This document shows, in pieces, positions 18,636 to 29,536 of a stretch of DNA of 64,000 nt (position 1 is its first letter; each line of letters starts with the position of its first letter). Under the pieces are notes generated by a model. That model was not told the origin of the DNA. It worked only from the letters and a program-made list of their open reading frames with translations, and ran no database searches. Location of the stretch: contig CBDFLD010000022.1 in NCBI GenBank assembly GCA_965249005.1, positions 1,040,247 to 1,104,246 on the forward strand, given 5' to 3'. This DNA comes from Acidobacteriota bacterium (GTDB taxonomy: Bacteria; Acidobacteriota; UBA6911). Position numbers and translations under genes: made by a program.

Positions 18636-19622
18636 ATGATGCAACAGACAGCTCACGAACCTATTCCTATCGACCAGATCCGGGCGGCACGGGAGCGCAT
18701 CGCGGGTGCGGCCATTCACACACCTCTGGTTCGTCTCAACGTGGATGACGCTCCGGCCGAAATCTATCTCAAGCTGGAAAACTTGCAGCCGATTGGTTCC
18801 TTCAAGATTCGGGGTGCCATCAACGCAATGCGGCTCGCTGATCCGGATCAACTCGCACAGGGTGTGTGGACCGCGAGCACCGGCAACATGGCCCAGGGTG
18901 TCGCATTCGGTGCACGCCAGCTCGGCATTCCGTGTACGGTGGTTCTTCCGGACAACGCCGCCACCGCCAAGATCGAATCGATCCGCAAGCTGGGCGCGGA
19001 GATCCGCATCTTTCCGAGGAAAGATTGGTTCGAGCTCATCTTCTATAAAAAACCCATAGAGGGGCTCGAGCTCAGCGGCGTGTTCATCCATCCGGTTGAC
19101 GATCGAAACGTGATGGCCGGCCACGGCACGATGGGTCTGGAGATCCTCGAAGACTTGCCCGATGTGGATGCTGTGTTGGCTCCCTACGGGGGGGGCGGTT
19201 TGACATGTGGAGTGGCGTCCGCCGTCCGTGCGCTGCGCCCGGCCACCCGATTCTACGCCTGCGAGCTGGAGGTCGGCGCTCCGCTCGCCGCTGCCCTGGC
19301 CGCAGGAAAGCCAGTTGTGACCGAACGCGAAGCCACTCCGCCCTTCGCCGGCGGTTTCAGTGGATCGACGACCGTCATCGAGAACGTGTTTGCTCTCGTT
19401 CGCCAGCTCGTCGAGGGTTCGTTGACGATGTCGTTGCCGGATCTCGTTTCTGCGATCCGGATCCTAGCCGAACGCAACCGCATCATTGCGGAAGGCGCAG
19501 GGGCGGCACCCGTAGCAGCGGCACTTCAGGGGAAGGCCGGCACCGGAAAAGTCGTTTGTGTTGTTTCCGGAGGACACATTGCGCTCGGAGAGCTCGCGGC
19601 CATGCTGGGTGAAGAGAGGTAA
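18636..19622 (+). CDS. PLP-dependent threonine/serine dehydratase family protein
   Basis: KLENLQPIGSFKIRGA (PLP lysine), GGGGL, EGAGA, VSGG. Confidence 0.9.
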   Translation: MMQQTAHEPIPIDQIRAARERIAGAAIHTPLVRLNVDDAPAEIYLKLENLQPIGSFKIRGAINAMRLADPDQLAQGVWTASTGNMAQGVAFGARQLGIPCTVVLPDNAATAKIESIRKLGAEIRIFPRKDWFELIFYKKPIEGLELSGVFIHPVDDRNVMAGHGTMGLEILEDLPDVDAVLAPYGGGGLTCGVASAVRALRPATRFYACELEVGAPLAAALAAGKPVVTEREATPPFAGGFSGSTTVIENVFALVRQLVEGSLTMSLPDLVSAIRILAERNRIIAEGAGAAPVAAALQGKAGTGKVVCVVSGGHIALGELAAMLGEER

Positions 19623-19637
19623 ACTCAGGCCTCGCTT

Positions 19638-21245
19638 CTAGCTTTCCTGCGGTCCAGCCGCGCGGATCTCGGCCGATACGTCGCCGGCGAACTGCTCGAA
19701 GTTTTCGATGAACATCTTGGCCAACTTCTGGGCCTGCGAGTCGTAGGCCCCGGGATCTTTCCAGGTGTTGCGTGGTTTCAGTATCTCGGGGGGAACGTCC
19801 GGACAGGTGTCCGGCACTTGCACCCCGAAGAAGGGATCGCGTGTCGTCGGTACCGTATCGAGTACTCCATCCAGGACCCCGTGAACCATCGATCGCGTGT
19901 ATCCAAGATTCATCCGCTCGCCGATTCCATAGGGCCCTCCGCTCCATCCGGTATTGATGAGCCACACCGAAACGTCGTGCTTTGCAATCTTCTCGCCCAG
20001 CAGATTTGCATAAACGACCGGGTTCAACGCCATGAACGGTGATCCGAAACAAGCGCTGAAGGTCGCCTGCGGCTCGGTGATTCCGCGCTCGGTGCCGGCC
20101 ACCTTGGCGGTGTAGCCCGAAAGAAAGTGGTACATTGCCTGAGCCGGATTCAGACAAGCGACGGGTGGCAGCACCCCGAAGGCATCGGCCGTGAGCATGA
20201 TGATGGCTTTCGGGTGCCCGGCCCGGCCTGTCCGGGTCGCGTTGGGAATGTGTGATATCGGATAAGAAGCGCGAGTATTTTCGGTAAAGGCATCGCTGTC
20301 CAGATCGAGCCGTCGATCCACTGCGTTGATGGCCACGTTCTCGAGAATGGTTCCGAAACGCCGTGTGGTTTCGTAGATCTCGGGCTCGCCCGTGGGCGAG
20401 AGCCGAATCACCTTGGCGTAGCAGCCTCCCTCGAAGTTGAATACACCCTCGTCACTCCAGCCGTGTTCATCATCCCCGATCAGGGTGCGTTTCGGGTCGG
20501 CCGAAAGCGTGGTCTTTCCGGTTCCTGAAAGACCGAAGAAAATCGCCACATCGTCCTCGTCCTTCCCGTAGTTCGCCGAGCAATGCATGGACAGAACGCC
20601 CTGAGGAGGGAGCAGGTAATTCATGACGGTAAACATCGACTTTTTCATCTCGCCCGCGTAGTGCGTCCCTCCGATGATGACTTCTCGCCGTCCAAGATGA
20701 AGCATGATGAAAGCTTCCGAACGGATTCCATCGCTCTCCGGATTGGCGTGGAAACCCGGGGCATCGATGACCGTGAACTGTGGCTTGTGCGCCGCGATCG
20801 TTTCAGGATCCACGTCGATAAACATGTTGCGCGCGAAAAGATTGTGCCAGGCCAGCTCGGTGATGACCCTTATTGGTACGCGGTAGGTCGGATCAGCCCC
20901 GGCGTAACAGTCGTGGACGAAGATGTCCTTCCCCTGTAGATACGCCGTCAGCCGGGATCGCAGGGCCTCGTAGCGCCGGACCTCGATCGGTTGATTCACC
21001 TTGCCCCACCATACGTTGTCCTCGCTCGATGGCTCCCGGACCATGTAGCGGTCGTTGGGAGAGCGCCCGGTGTACTGCCCGGTCCTTACGACCAGCGGGC
21101 CAAGATGAGCCAGCAGCCCCTCGCGGCGCTGAATCGCATGCTCGCACAACGCCGGCGTCGAGAGGTTCCACCAGACCGTGTTTGCATTGTTGATGCCTAG
21201 GCCTCGGAGGCTCTGCGAGTTATGCACTTGTTCCTGATGCTCCAT
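19638..21245 (-). CDS. pckA: phosphoenolpyruvate carboxykinase (ATP)
   Basis: TGRSP, YAGEMKK, FFGLSGTGKTTLSAD, LIGDDEHGW, NFEGGCYAK, TENTR. Confidence 0.97.
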   Translation of the reverse strand: MEHQEQVHNSQSLRGLGINNANTVWWNLSTPALCEHAIQRREGLLAHLGPLVVRTGQYTGRSPNDRYMVREPSSEDNVWWGKVNQPIEVRRYEALRSRLTAYLQGKDIFVHDCYAGADPTYRVPIRVITELAWHNLFARNMFIDVDPETIAAHKPQFTVIDAPGFHANPESDGIRSEAFIMLHLGRREVIIGGTHYAGEMKKSMFTVMNYLLPPQGVLSMHCSANYGKDEDDVAIFFGLSGTGKTTLSADPKRTLIGDDEHGWSDEGVFNFEGGCYAKVIRLSPTGEPEIYETTRRFGTILENVAINAVDRRLDLDSDAFTENTRASYPISHIPNATRTGRAGHPKAIIMLTADAFGVLPPVACLNPAQAMYHFLSGYTAKVAGTERGITEPQATFSACFGSPFMALNPVVYANLLGEKIAKHDVSVWLINTGWSGGPYGIGERMNLGYTRSMVHGVLDGVLDTVPTTRDPFFGVQVPDTCPDVPPEILKPRNTWKDPGAYDSQAQKLAKMFIENFEQFAGDVSAEIRAAGPQES

Positions 21246-21394
21246 GCGGTGCTCCTTTGCTGATTCTTCCTTGTTTCAGCTTGCCTTTCCTGTACCCTTC
21301 CGTCAAGGCGGGGCGCCGAGCCCCGCCATCTTGTACTATCGGCCGCGACTGCATCAAACTTTTCTCGCGTTACCTGTAACGCGTTTACAACCAA

Positions 21395-22729
21395 TCACCC
21401 GGTTCCGACCATCGAGGCCGGCTGCCCGGTCATTTGAAGCAGGTATTGCCATTCGTGCCCGGTGGGATCGAGCGTCTTCCGTGACTCGGTGGCTAGCGGA
21501 ATCGGCATATGAGTAAAGTGCTGGTTCCAGTAACCCACGACCATGTCGGTACGGCCGGCCATCCCGGCATGGACCGCGTGCTGGCCCAGGATCAAGCAGT
21601 AAGCCGAGTCGTTGGAGTTTGCCGGCTGGCTACGGATCGTGTAGCTCGGATCAATGTACTTGACGTTGACCTTCACCTTCTGCTCGTTGCAGTACTTCTG
21701 GATCTCGTCGCACAGAAAGATGCCGATGTCCTTCAACTTGAGATTGCCCGAGGCGTCTTTTTCCTGGCTTGCGGCGTTACCGGGACCTGGAAGCATCTCC
21801 TGTCCGGCCCCCTCAGCTACGACGATCACGGCATGTTTTCGTTGAGTGAGTCGCTCGACGAGTGTGGGTAGAAACGCCCCTTCACCGCGCAGCGTGAAGG
21901 GAACCTCTGGAATGAGACAGAAATTGACGTCCGGGTTGGCCAGGCTGGCGTACGTGGCGATGAAGCCCGAATGCCGGCCCATTAGTTTTACCAGTCCAAT
22001 GCCGTTTCTCGCGCCGCGGGCCTCGGCGTGCGCCGCCAGGATGGCGGGCCGCGCCTCCGTGACCGCGGTGACGAAGCCAAAACTGCGGTGGACCCACTGG
22101 ATGTCATTGTCGATCGTCTTCGGAACACCCACGACACTCATGGCGAGCTTGTGGCGTGCGATCTCGGTAGCGATCGCCGACGCCCCCCGGAGCGTTCCAT
22201 CGCCTCCGATCGCGAATAGTATGCTCACGTCCCAGTTGACAAGCGTGTTGACCATTTCCTTGACGTCTTGAGCGCCGCGGGAGGAGCCGAGTAGCGATCC
22301 GCCATTCTCGTGAATAGAATCGACATCGTCCGGTTTCAGCAGGCGCGGCCTCTTCTCACAAGTCGGCGAGAGTCCCAGGTACCCGTATGGAAAGCCGACG
22401 ATTCTCTTGACTCCGTAAACGTAGTGCAGGGTCATCACGATGGAGCGGATCACGTCGTTCAGGCCGGGACAGAGTCCTCCACAAGTCACCAGGCCGCACG
22501 TGATGGCTCCGGGATCAAAGAAGATCTTTTCCCGCGGTCCGGCTTTTTCCATATGGGGAGGCGCTTCGGACCGGGCGCGGTAAGGGGCCACCGATCGCAG
22601 CTGCGAGCTCAGCAGCACACGTTCCGAGTCTTGGATGAACGCAACGCCGCGGCTGATCAGAGGGGAGGGGAAGTTACTCTCCCCCAGGCGCTGGGTCTCG
22701 AGTTCTTTCTGAGACGGCAACTCCACCAT
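21395..22729 (-). CDS. pfkA: ATP-dependent 6-phosphofructokinase (group X type)
   Basis: TCGGLCPGLN, GGDGTLRG (Gly indicates ATP type), PKTIDND, KLMGRHSGFIA, YIDPSYTIRS. Confidence 0.92.
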   Translation of the reverse strand: MVELPSQKELETQRLGESNFPSPLISRGVAFIQDSERVLLSSQLRSVAPYRARSEAPPHMEKAGPREKIFFDPGAITCGLVTCGGLCPGLNDVIRSIVMTLHYVYGVKRIVGFPYGYLGLSPTCEKRPRLLKPDDVDSIHENGGSLLGSSRGAQDVKEMVNTLVNWDVSILFAIGGDGTLRGASAIATEIARHKLAMSVVGVPKTIDNDIQWVHRSFGFVTAVTEARPAILAAHAEARGARNGIGLVKLMGRHSGFIATYASLANPDVNFCLIPEVPFTLRGEGAFLPTLVERLTQRKHAVIVVAEGAGQEMLPGPGNAASQEKDASGNLKLKDIGIFLCDEIQKYCNEQKVKVNVKYIDPSYTIRSQPANSNDSAYCLILGQHAVHAGMAGRTDMVVGYWNQHFTHMPIPLATESRKTLDPTGHEWQYLLQMTGQPASMVGTG

Positions 22730-22734
22730 GTGGA

Positions 22735-22944
22735 TTATGACTCCTTCGCCGCCCCGAAGCGGAAGCGACGCAAGGGGAACTCGAACGGGTGCCCTGGGAG
22801 GCGGACGGCAGTGTTGGTCGCCAGGCCACGGCGGCCGGTAAAGATTTGAAGGGTGACACTGAGTGCGGCGCCTTCCGAGCGAACCCGGATCATATCGCCG
22901 ACGGTTTCCAGTATGCGGGTATGGCGAACCAAATCTGCGGTCAT
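22735..22944 (-). pseudogene. fragment resembling the N-terminus of V/A-type ATP synthase subunit B
   Basis: RILETVGDMIRVRSEGAAL joined to SVTLQIFTGRRGLATNTAVRLPGHPFE, similar to two separated blocks of subunit B; only 69 codons. Confidence 0.55.
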
Positions 22945-23150
22945 GCTACCGATCGTCCATCCTGCTCGAACACCGACTCGTCCCCCGGGTTGGGGGCCTA
23001 CTCCCGACCACCGTTCGCCCGAACAGTCGAACCTTATTCCGTTCACCCCCTGCTGTCAAGATAGCGACACCGGGTCTGCGACCCGGTCCTCTTTCCGCAT
23101 GAACGCTCAGAGAGAACCACCTGCATTACCAACCCACGGGTTGACCGCAT

Positions 23151-23175
23151 GTAGGCCGCCTACTCCGTGGGCGGC
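23151..23175 (+). repeat. GTAG-type REP-like palindrome
   Basis: GTAGG-CCGCCTAC-TCC-GTGGGCGG. Confidence 0.6.
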
Positions 23176-23278
23176 ACGTTCCCGGCCTGCGGGCTGAGGT
23201 TTGAGACAGTGTCACACGGTGATTGTGGCTTGTTCTGATTGGCTCTGTTTCACCCGTGTCAAATGGCGTGTGGCGCCA

Positions 23279-24100
23279 CTAATCCACCACACGGCGTTCG
23301 AATTGGCGGAAGCCCAGAATGGTGAAAAGGATTGAAAAACCGATCAATCCCGTGAAGATGAGCCACAGAGGCATGTGGGGCAGATCCGACATCAGCGCGG
23401 CTCGGAAGCCCTCGCTGGCATATACCATCGGGTTCAACAAGACCAAACCTTGAAACCAGGGAAGTACGTCCAGCGAAGCCCAGGGATAGTAGGCGCAGCC
23501 GAAAAAGATCATGGGACCGATCAATACATTGAACATGAGACCGATTTGCTGTGGCTCCACAATTGTTCCAATGACCAGGCCGAAGGCGGCAAAGAGCCAC
23601 CCCACCAGCAAGCACATCACGATCAGAAGTGCGGGCTTTCCGTCCCTCAGGCTCAGCTCGCTTCCCATCAGCAACCAGGCGATGGGAAACACCAGGATGC
23701 CGGCGACCCAAGACTGAAGACCCCCGACCACAATCTTTTCAAAGGCCACTCCGGCAATGCTGATGGGTGAGAGCAACCGATCCTCGATTTCCTGGGTCCA
23801 GCCGAATTCAATGACCAGCGGCAAGGCGACAGCCTGCATCCCGGAGAGTGTCATGCTCAACGCGAGAATCCCCGGAAGAAGCAGGTCGGTGTAGCCGCTC
23901 TGGATGATTCCCTGCCGCGGCATGACGTAGCCGAAGATGAAGGTGAACAGCAGTGGCTGCAGCACAACCCGGATGACAAAGAACTTCAGTTCCCTCCGAG
24001 CCACCCGAAGGTCCCGGTGCAACAGCGCCAACGATGTCGCGTTGATGAAGTTCGAACGTCTTGCCGGAGCCGGCCGAACGGCTGTTGTTTCAGCTCCCAA
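23279..24100 (-). CDS. ABC-2 type exporter permease
   Basis: About six TM helices; LLPGILA, EIEDRLLSP, LLNPMVYASEGFRAAL. Confidence 0.92.
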   Translation of the reverse strand: MGAETTAVRPAPARRSNFINATSLALLHRDLRVARRELKFFVIRVVLQPLLFTFIFGYVMPRQGIIQSGYTDLLLPGILALSMTLSGMQAVALPLVIEFGWTQEIEDRLLSPISIAGVAFEKIVVGGLQSWVAGILVFPIAWLLMGSELSLRDGKPALLIVMCLLVGWLFAAFGLVIGTIVEPQQIGLMFNVLIGPMIFFGCAYYPWASLDVLPWFQGLVLLNPMVYASEGFRAALMSDLPHMPLWLIFTGLIGFSILFTILGFRQFERRVVD

Positions 24101-24127
24101 GTGGACTCCCTCCCGTCACGGACATTC

Positions 24128-25105
24128 CTATTCTCTGAGGCTGCGTCCCGTCAAATGTAGAAATAGATTCTCCAGACTCGGCTCGGCCACGTGCGTATCC
24201 ATGATCATGACTCCCGAATCTGTGGCCAACCGCATCGCGCCTGCCAGGATGCCTTCTGCTTTGTCGGCGTAGAGGCGGATCATGCCGGACTTGATGTCGA
24301 CGTCGACGACTCCTTCGAGAGCACTCAGATCCGACTGGAAGCCTGGTTCAATGCGGTCTCCGGGCCGAGTCGTGAGCTGCACCAGGTACCCCCCGGGCAC
24401 TCGGGCCTTGAGCCGCTCTGGAGCGTCCATTGCGAGAAGCCTTCCCTGGTCCATGATCGCAATCCGCTGGCACAGCTGATCGGCCTCTTCCATGTAGTGC
24501 GTGGTCAAAAACAGGGTGTGGCCTCTGCTGTTGAGCTGCCGGAGCAACTCCCACATCAATTGGCGGGCCTGAGGATCAAGTCCCGTGGTCGGCTCATCGA
24601 GAAAGAGAATCGCCGGATCGTGCATCAGGGATCGGGCGATCTTCAACCGTTGGGCCAGACCTCCCGAATATTGGGTGACCCTGGCGTCGGCCCTTTCGGT
24701 CAAATGAAAAGTTTCGAGTAACTCTGAGCAGCGCTTTTCCCTGACTGGACGAGGGATTCCAAAGTACTCGGCGTGAAACAGCAGGTTCTCTCGTGCCGTG
24801 AGACTACGATCCAGGTTGTTGGATTGGGAAACGACACCGATTCGCCTTTTCACGGCGACAGGGTCTTGCGCGACATTGGTTCCCTCGATGAGCGCTTTGC
24901 CTCCGTCCGGGCGCACCCGCGTGGTCAGGATGCCGATGGTGGTAGTCTTGCCGGCGCCGTTGGGACCGAGCAAGCCGAAGAACTCGCCGGAAGCGACTTC
25001 GAAGGAGATTCCATCGACCGCTCGAACATCCGGAAGGTTCTGCCGGCGCCGCCCGTTTTGCTTGAAGGTCTTGTGCAGATCTTGGACCGTAATGGCAGCA
25101 TTCAT
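24128..25105 (-). CDS. ABC exporter ATP-binding protein (DrrA/NodI-like)
   Basis: GPNGAGKTT, YSGG, LFLDEPTTGLDP, TTHYMEEA, EPSLENLF. Confidence 0.95.
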   Translation of the reverse strand: MNAAITVQDLHKTFKQNGRRRQNLPDVRAVDGISFEVASGEFFGLLGPNGAGKTTTIGILTTRVRPDGGKALIEGTNVAQDPVAVKRRIGVVSQSNNLDRSLTARENLLFHAEYFGIPRPVREKRCSELLETFHLTERADARVTQYSGGLAQRLKIARSLMHDPAILFLDEPTTGLDPQARQLMWELLRQLNSRGHTLFLTTHYMEEADQLCQRIAIMDQGRLLAMDAPERLKARVPGGYLVQLTTRPGDRIEPGFQSDLSALEGVVDVDIKSGMIRLYADKAEGILAGAMRLATDSGVMIMDTHVAEPSLENLFLHLTGRSLRE

Positions 25106-25419
25106 TCTGACTGGATCCGGACCGTTTGCGATGAGCCCTTCGTCATCCGCGCACTATCCTTGTCGGATATGGCAGACCGTCAGGGCTCGTTGCGGTGGCC
25201 TCCGCCGGCTCATTCGGGAAATCGTGAGATTCATCGGGATTTCATCACAAACTCAACGGGGACTCATCCTGGGATACGAGAATGGTGAAGGATATCGGAT
25301 CGAGAGGGATCACACAACCCGCGGCGCCACATCTGTACTGTGTCGAGTGCCTGCTCGGTATTTTGTTTTTCTTTGAGATATGGTCACGATATTCATGAAA
25401 GACATATTATTGGCATTAT

Positions 25420-25449
25420 TTGCTTGAATTTCATCCGGCGGTGTATAAT
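25420..25449 (+). promoter_or_regulatory. sigma70-like promoter for the GT20 gene
   Basis: TTGCTT-N18-TATAAT in an AT-rich intergenic region. Confidence 0.5.
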
Positions 25450-25641
25450 CATAAAGCTACATTTGGCCTGATCCGGAGGGAAGGTGCTCTCTGGAAGTGC
25501 CACTTCAAACTGCGTTGTAACGAGCCTCCTGCGTTTTGCTCGGTCGCCTGTCGATCTTGAAGTCACTACTGAAGGCTTAATGGATCCGGAATAACTCTGC
25601 TAGTGCCTTACCCCCCTCGCAGGGGTGTTTGGAGACTCTCA

Positions 25642-27135
25642 ATGACGGAAGGATCCGAAGTACCCACAGACCCCTTGGTGGTTGTTTCGAACCGACTCCC
25701 TTATGACCTTCGCGTCAGCCGAAACGATCCGCCCTACAAGCGAAACGTAGGCGGACTGGTCAATGCCGTCGAACCCGTCCTCAGCCAGGTGGGAGGCCGG
25801 TGGGTGGGCTGGGACGGCTCGTTGGGCCGGTCGGCTGCCGATGTTTCTTCCCGGCTTTTCAATCAAGAATCGTACAAGGCACCAAGCGGCATCGAGATGT
25901 ACGGAGTGCCGCTGAGTGAGCGGGACGTGCAGCACTACTATCACGGCTTCTCGAACCGCGCGCTCTGGCCCCTGTTTCATAGCTTTCCGGAAAAGTCGAT
26001 CTTCGACGCTCAGGACTGGAATGTCTACACGAAGGTGAACCGGCGTTTTGCCGAGGCGTCCCAGCCGCTGGCCTGGCCGCGCGGCCGAATCTGGGTGCAC
26101 GATTTTCACCTCATGCGCGTGCCCTTTTTTCTGCGCGAGCTCGGTTACCGCGGACGAATCGATTTTTTTCTCCACATTCCGTTTCCACCACCCGAGATTT
26201 TTTGTACCTTGCCCTGGCGCAACGAGTTGATCCAGGGGATGCTCTCGGCCGACTCGATAGCGTTCCACGTCAAGGGCTATCACGACAACTTCCTCCGCAC
26301 CGTGACCCACTTGTCCCGGAGTCAAGTGGAGCTGAATACCTCCGTGGACTCGACGACGATCGTCTCGGACCGAGGGAAATCTTCGACCAAGGTGGTGCCC
26401 GTCGGCATCGACGTCGAAGAATTCGAGAAGATTTCCGAGAGGAAATCCGTCGTCGAACACGCCGTTCGGCTCAGAGAGTCCAATCCGGGGCGCCGCATCC
26501 TGATTGGAATCGATCGCCTCGACTACACGAAGGGGATCAAGGAACGCCTGGACGCCGTCGAGCATTTCCTGACGAAAAACCGCGAGGCCCGCGGAAAGAT
26601 CGTGCTGTTTCAGATCGTTGTGCCGAGCCGCCACCAGATCACCGAGTACCGAGAGCTCAAGAAGGAAATCGATCGTCAGGTCGGCCGCATCAATGGCGAT
26701 TTCGGAAGCGAAGGTTGGGTCCCGATTCACTACTGGTATACGGCGCTGGAGCGAGAACAGCTGGTGGCTTACTACCGGGCGGCCGACGTGGCGATCGTGA
26801 CTCCGCTTCGTGACGGGATGAATCTGATCGGAGCGGAATTCGCGGCCTCGAGAGTGGACAACGATGGAGTGCTCCTGATCAGCGAGTTTGCCGGGATCGC
26901 GGAGCATACGCCCGGCGCGATCCGGGTCAATCCTCACGACATTCATGGCTTCTCGAATGCGATTCTCTATGCGCTGCGGATGTCGCGCGAAGAGCGCAGA
27001 GCGCGAATGATACGGCTGCGCGAAAGAGTCCGCGAGAATCCGGTTTCAAAGTGGGGCGAGCGCTGCCTGGAGCACACTCCGGCCCGGGTCGCGGTTCTCG
27101 CCGGACGCACGTACCCGCAGCCCGCGGCGTTCTGA
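25642..27135 (+). CDS. otsA: trehalose-6-phosphate synthase family glycosyltransferase (GT20)
   Basis: [54 protein letters not shown]. Confidence 0.85.
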   Translation: MTEGSEVPTDPLVVVSNRLPYDLRVSRNDPPYKRNVGGLVNAVEPVLSQVGGRWVGWDGSLGRSAADVSSRLFNQESYKAPSGIEMYGVPLSERDVQHYYHGFSNRALWPLFHSFPEKSIFDAQDWNVYTKVNRRFAEASQPLAWPRGRIWVHDFHLMRVPFFLRELGYRGRIDFFLHIPFPPPEIFCTLPWRNELIQGMLSADSIAFHVKGYHDNFLRTVTHLSRSQVELNTSVDSTTIVSDRGKSSTKVVPVGIDVEEFEKISERKSVVEHAVRLRESNPGRRILIGIDRLDYTKGIKERLDAVEHFLTKNREARGKIVLFQIVVPSRHQITEYRELKKEIDRQVGRINGDFGSEGWVPIHYWYTALEREQLVAYYRAADVAIVTPLRDGMNLIGAEFAASRVDNDGVLLISEFAGIAEHTPGAIRVNPHDIHGFSNAILYALRMSREERRARMIRLRERVRENPVSKWGERCLEHTPARVAVLAGRTYPQPAAF

Positions 27136-27172
27136 ACTCGAAACGTGACCTAGACGTGACCTAAGGGGAAGA

Positions 27173-28060
27173 CTATTCGGTGATGTCGGCTGACGGCGGA
27201 GGCTTGTGAATCAGATCGTCGAGCTTGACGATCAAGTCGGCCAGCAAGGCGGAGTCTTTTCCTTCCATCAAAGCAACCGCGACATACTTCTTTCCATTTC
27301 GTTCTACGAGCGCCGCGTCCGCGTGCCACTGTTTCCAGGTCCCGGACTTTCGATAAATCTTTGATCCGGGCCGTCGCGCCAGTCCCTTGACGAACTTGTG
27401 CTCGATAGCTGGATGCGACATGATCGTTTTCATCTCCCGACTGATCCAGGAATCGACCAGCACGCCCCGATCCATCATGACGAGGAAGCGGGCGACCTGC
27501 CTCGCCGTGGCACCGTGGGAGATCTGATGCAGCGGGTCGCGCCTCCAGTAACCCAAACCGCCGTAGCCCTTACCGACCCACAGCCCACCGTTTCGCCGAA
27601 CATCATAGAATGCACGCTCGGGATGTGTCAGTCCCTTGGCGATGGTTTCGAAACCGATCAATCCGATGAGATTCGACGCCTCCCGGTTGCTGGAGCTTCG
27701 AATCATGCCGATCAGGGATTGCTTCAACTGGGGTGTGTAGGCGAGGCGTCCCTTGTGGATCTGGTCGAAAACGCCAAGCATGACCGCGATCTTGGGAAGA
27801 CTGGCCGCATAGAGCATCGTGTCGGGATTGGCGGCCGCGAAGCGGGTTTGTCTCTCGCCGATATCGACCAGCGCGACCGACAGCCTTTCCCGGGCGATGA
27901 GAGGCCGGAAACGCTTGTGATCGAGGGCTTTATCCAGAGCTTGCTGCAACTGGAGATTCGACTTGTTCAGCAACAGCGGCTCGGCACGTACCTCACCGCA
28001 AATCAATGAAAAACATGGGGATAGAGCCAAAAGCCCAATGAGCGAGCCAAAGTGTCGCAC
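27173..28060 (-). CDS. secreted serine hydrolase, class A beta-lactamase/PBP fold
   Basis: Signal peptide; SLPK (SxxK), SSN (SxN), KSG. Confidence 0.85.
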   Translation of the reverse strand: MRHFGSLIGLLALSPCFSLICGEVRAEPLLLNKSNLQLQQALDKALDHKRFRPLIARERLSVALVDIGERQTRFAAANPDTMLYAASLPKIAVMLGVFDQIHKGRLAYTPQLKQSLIGMIRSSSNREASNLIGLIGFETIAKGLTHPERAFYDVRRNGGLWVGKGYGGLGYWRRDPLHQISHGATARQVARFLVMMDRGVLVDSWISREMKTIMSHPAIEHKFVKGLARRPGSKIYRKSGTWKQWHADAALVERNGKKYVAVALMEGKDSALLADLIVKLDDLIHKPPPSADITE

Positions 28061-28186
28061 CCTTCCATTATATGGATAACCCTATTTTTACAAAGAAGAA
28101 AATAATGGAGCCGGTGTGCAGGCACGGCGCCGGGCAGAAGCGTAACCCGCACACGCCATGGGCGGCTCGAATGCAGTGCTACCCGT

Positions 28187-29536
28187 CTATTTGGAGATGC
28201 TCTCCTGCCGTCGCTGCACCAGGTGCTCGATCTCCGTCCCGATCTGCATGTGCTCGGCGGCCGAGTTGATCCTCAGCACGTTCGACATCATAGAGAGCAA
28301 ATAGACTCGCATTGGCTCCCCCGGGGTCGCGTTGGGTGATTCCACAATGGCGACAGAGTGCATCAGGTTCTGCGCATTCCCCTTGTATTGCCCGCACTTG
28401 TAGCCCGGCTCCGGCTTGCAGCGATAGAGAGACCCTGATTTGAAGTAGACAGCCGACTTGTTCAGTGCGCCCGCGGCCGCGTAACGATAGCGCCGCCTGG
28501 TGAAGTAGAGCATCTTTTTCATCTCCAGACTGCTCCAGCGGTCGACGAGTTTCCCCTGCTCGAGCCGGACCAACCAGCGAAGTAGTTCCCGGGGAGTCGA
28601 GTAGCTGGATCGGCCCGGAACGATCCGGCTGGCCGTTCGGGTAAAAAAGGTCCGGATGCGCAGTAGTTCCGGGTCGAGCCCTCTGGCGACGAGAGGCTGC
28701 TCGATGACCGCAATGGCGTCGTCCGTCAAGTTCGTCTTCGGAGTTTTGTTGAAGAACTCGTCCTCCTGCTCCTGTGTCACCGGGTAGGCGTCTCCGAACT
28801 GAGCCATCAGCAGGGCGTGCTTCCAAACCACCGAAGCAGCGGCGTTAGAGCTGGGAGATGCCATGTGATCGATCCACTCCCAGAGCGAAAACGTATCCCC
28901 GATGCGAACGGAACGGTGACTCACCGCAGTCATGTCTGAGTTGACCACCGGTACCGAGTGGTGATTCGGCTGGACAAACCGGTCGGCCCTTACCATTGTG
29001 TTTCTCAAGAACTCGGCTCGCGCTTCCGTGCTGTGGGGGAACCGCCGCCGCAACTGCTCAAACACCGCGGTCATGACCAGAAGCTTACCCACTGATCCGG
29101 GAATGTAGCCTTGCTCCGGATTGATGGCAGCATAGCGCGGCGCCTTCGGGTCGGTAATGTCGAGCAGGGCAATCTTGTAGGATGGGTCCAGGCGAGCAAA
29201 AATTCTTTCCAGCCCTCGTTGCAGTGCCGCATCGTGGGCCGTGTCGTTCGTGATGTCGTAATCCGGGTTGCCCTCGGCAAGGCGCAGCTGGATATCTTTG
29301 ATCGAAAGCAAAGCGCCGGGCTGAAGCCGAAAAGTGCCCGCAACACGACCGTCCTGAATCCCCTGGTAAGCCAGGAGCCTGCGAATCTGCGTATAGGTAT
29401 ACCCATCCAACGGATAAGCGAGCAGTGAAGCCACCCCAAGAAAAAGAAACGCCGAGACTAGAAACACGCCGGTGAGACTCGGCGCAGGCTGCCCACGCCG
29501 TGGGCAGCACGCAAACACCCACCGAAGCCAAGTCAT
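28187..29536 (-). CDS. secreted serine hydrolase, beta-lactamase/PBP fold
   Basis: ATGA overlap with the upstream gene at 29533-29536; signal peptide; SVGK, SSN and KSG motifs. Confidence 0.82.
   Translation of the reverse strand: MTWLRWVFACCPRRGQPAPSLTGVFLVSAFLFLGVASLLAYPLDGYTYTQIRRLLAYQGIQDGRVAGTFRLQPGALLSIKDIQLRLAEGNPDYDITNDTAHDAALQRGLERIFARLDPSYKIALLDITDPKAPRYAAINPEQGYIPGSVGKLLVMTAVFEQLRRRFPHSTEARAEFLRNTMVRADRFVQPNHHSVPVVNSDMTAVSHRSVRIGDTFSLWEWIDHMASPSSNAAASVVWKHALLMAQFGDAYPVTQEQEDEFFNKTPKTNLTDDAIAVIEQPLVARGLDPELLRIRTFFTRTASRIVPGRSSYSTPRELLRWLVRLEQGKLVDRWSSLEMKKMLYFTRRRYRYAAAGALNKSAVYFKSGSLYRCKPEPGYKCGQYKGNAQNLMHSVAIVESPNATPGEPMRVYLLSMMSNVLRINSAAEHMQIGTEIEHLVQRRQESISK

Noticed and set aside
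25639-26946. 435 aa minus-strand ORF
   Set aside because: Shadow of the GT20 gene.
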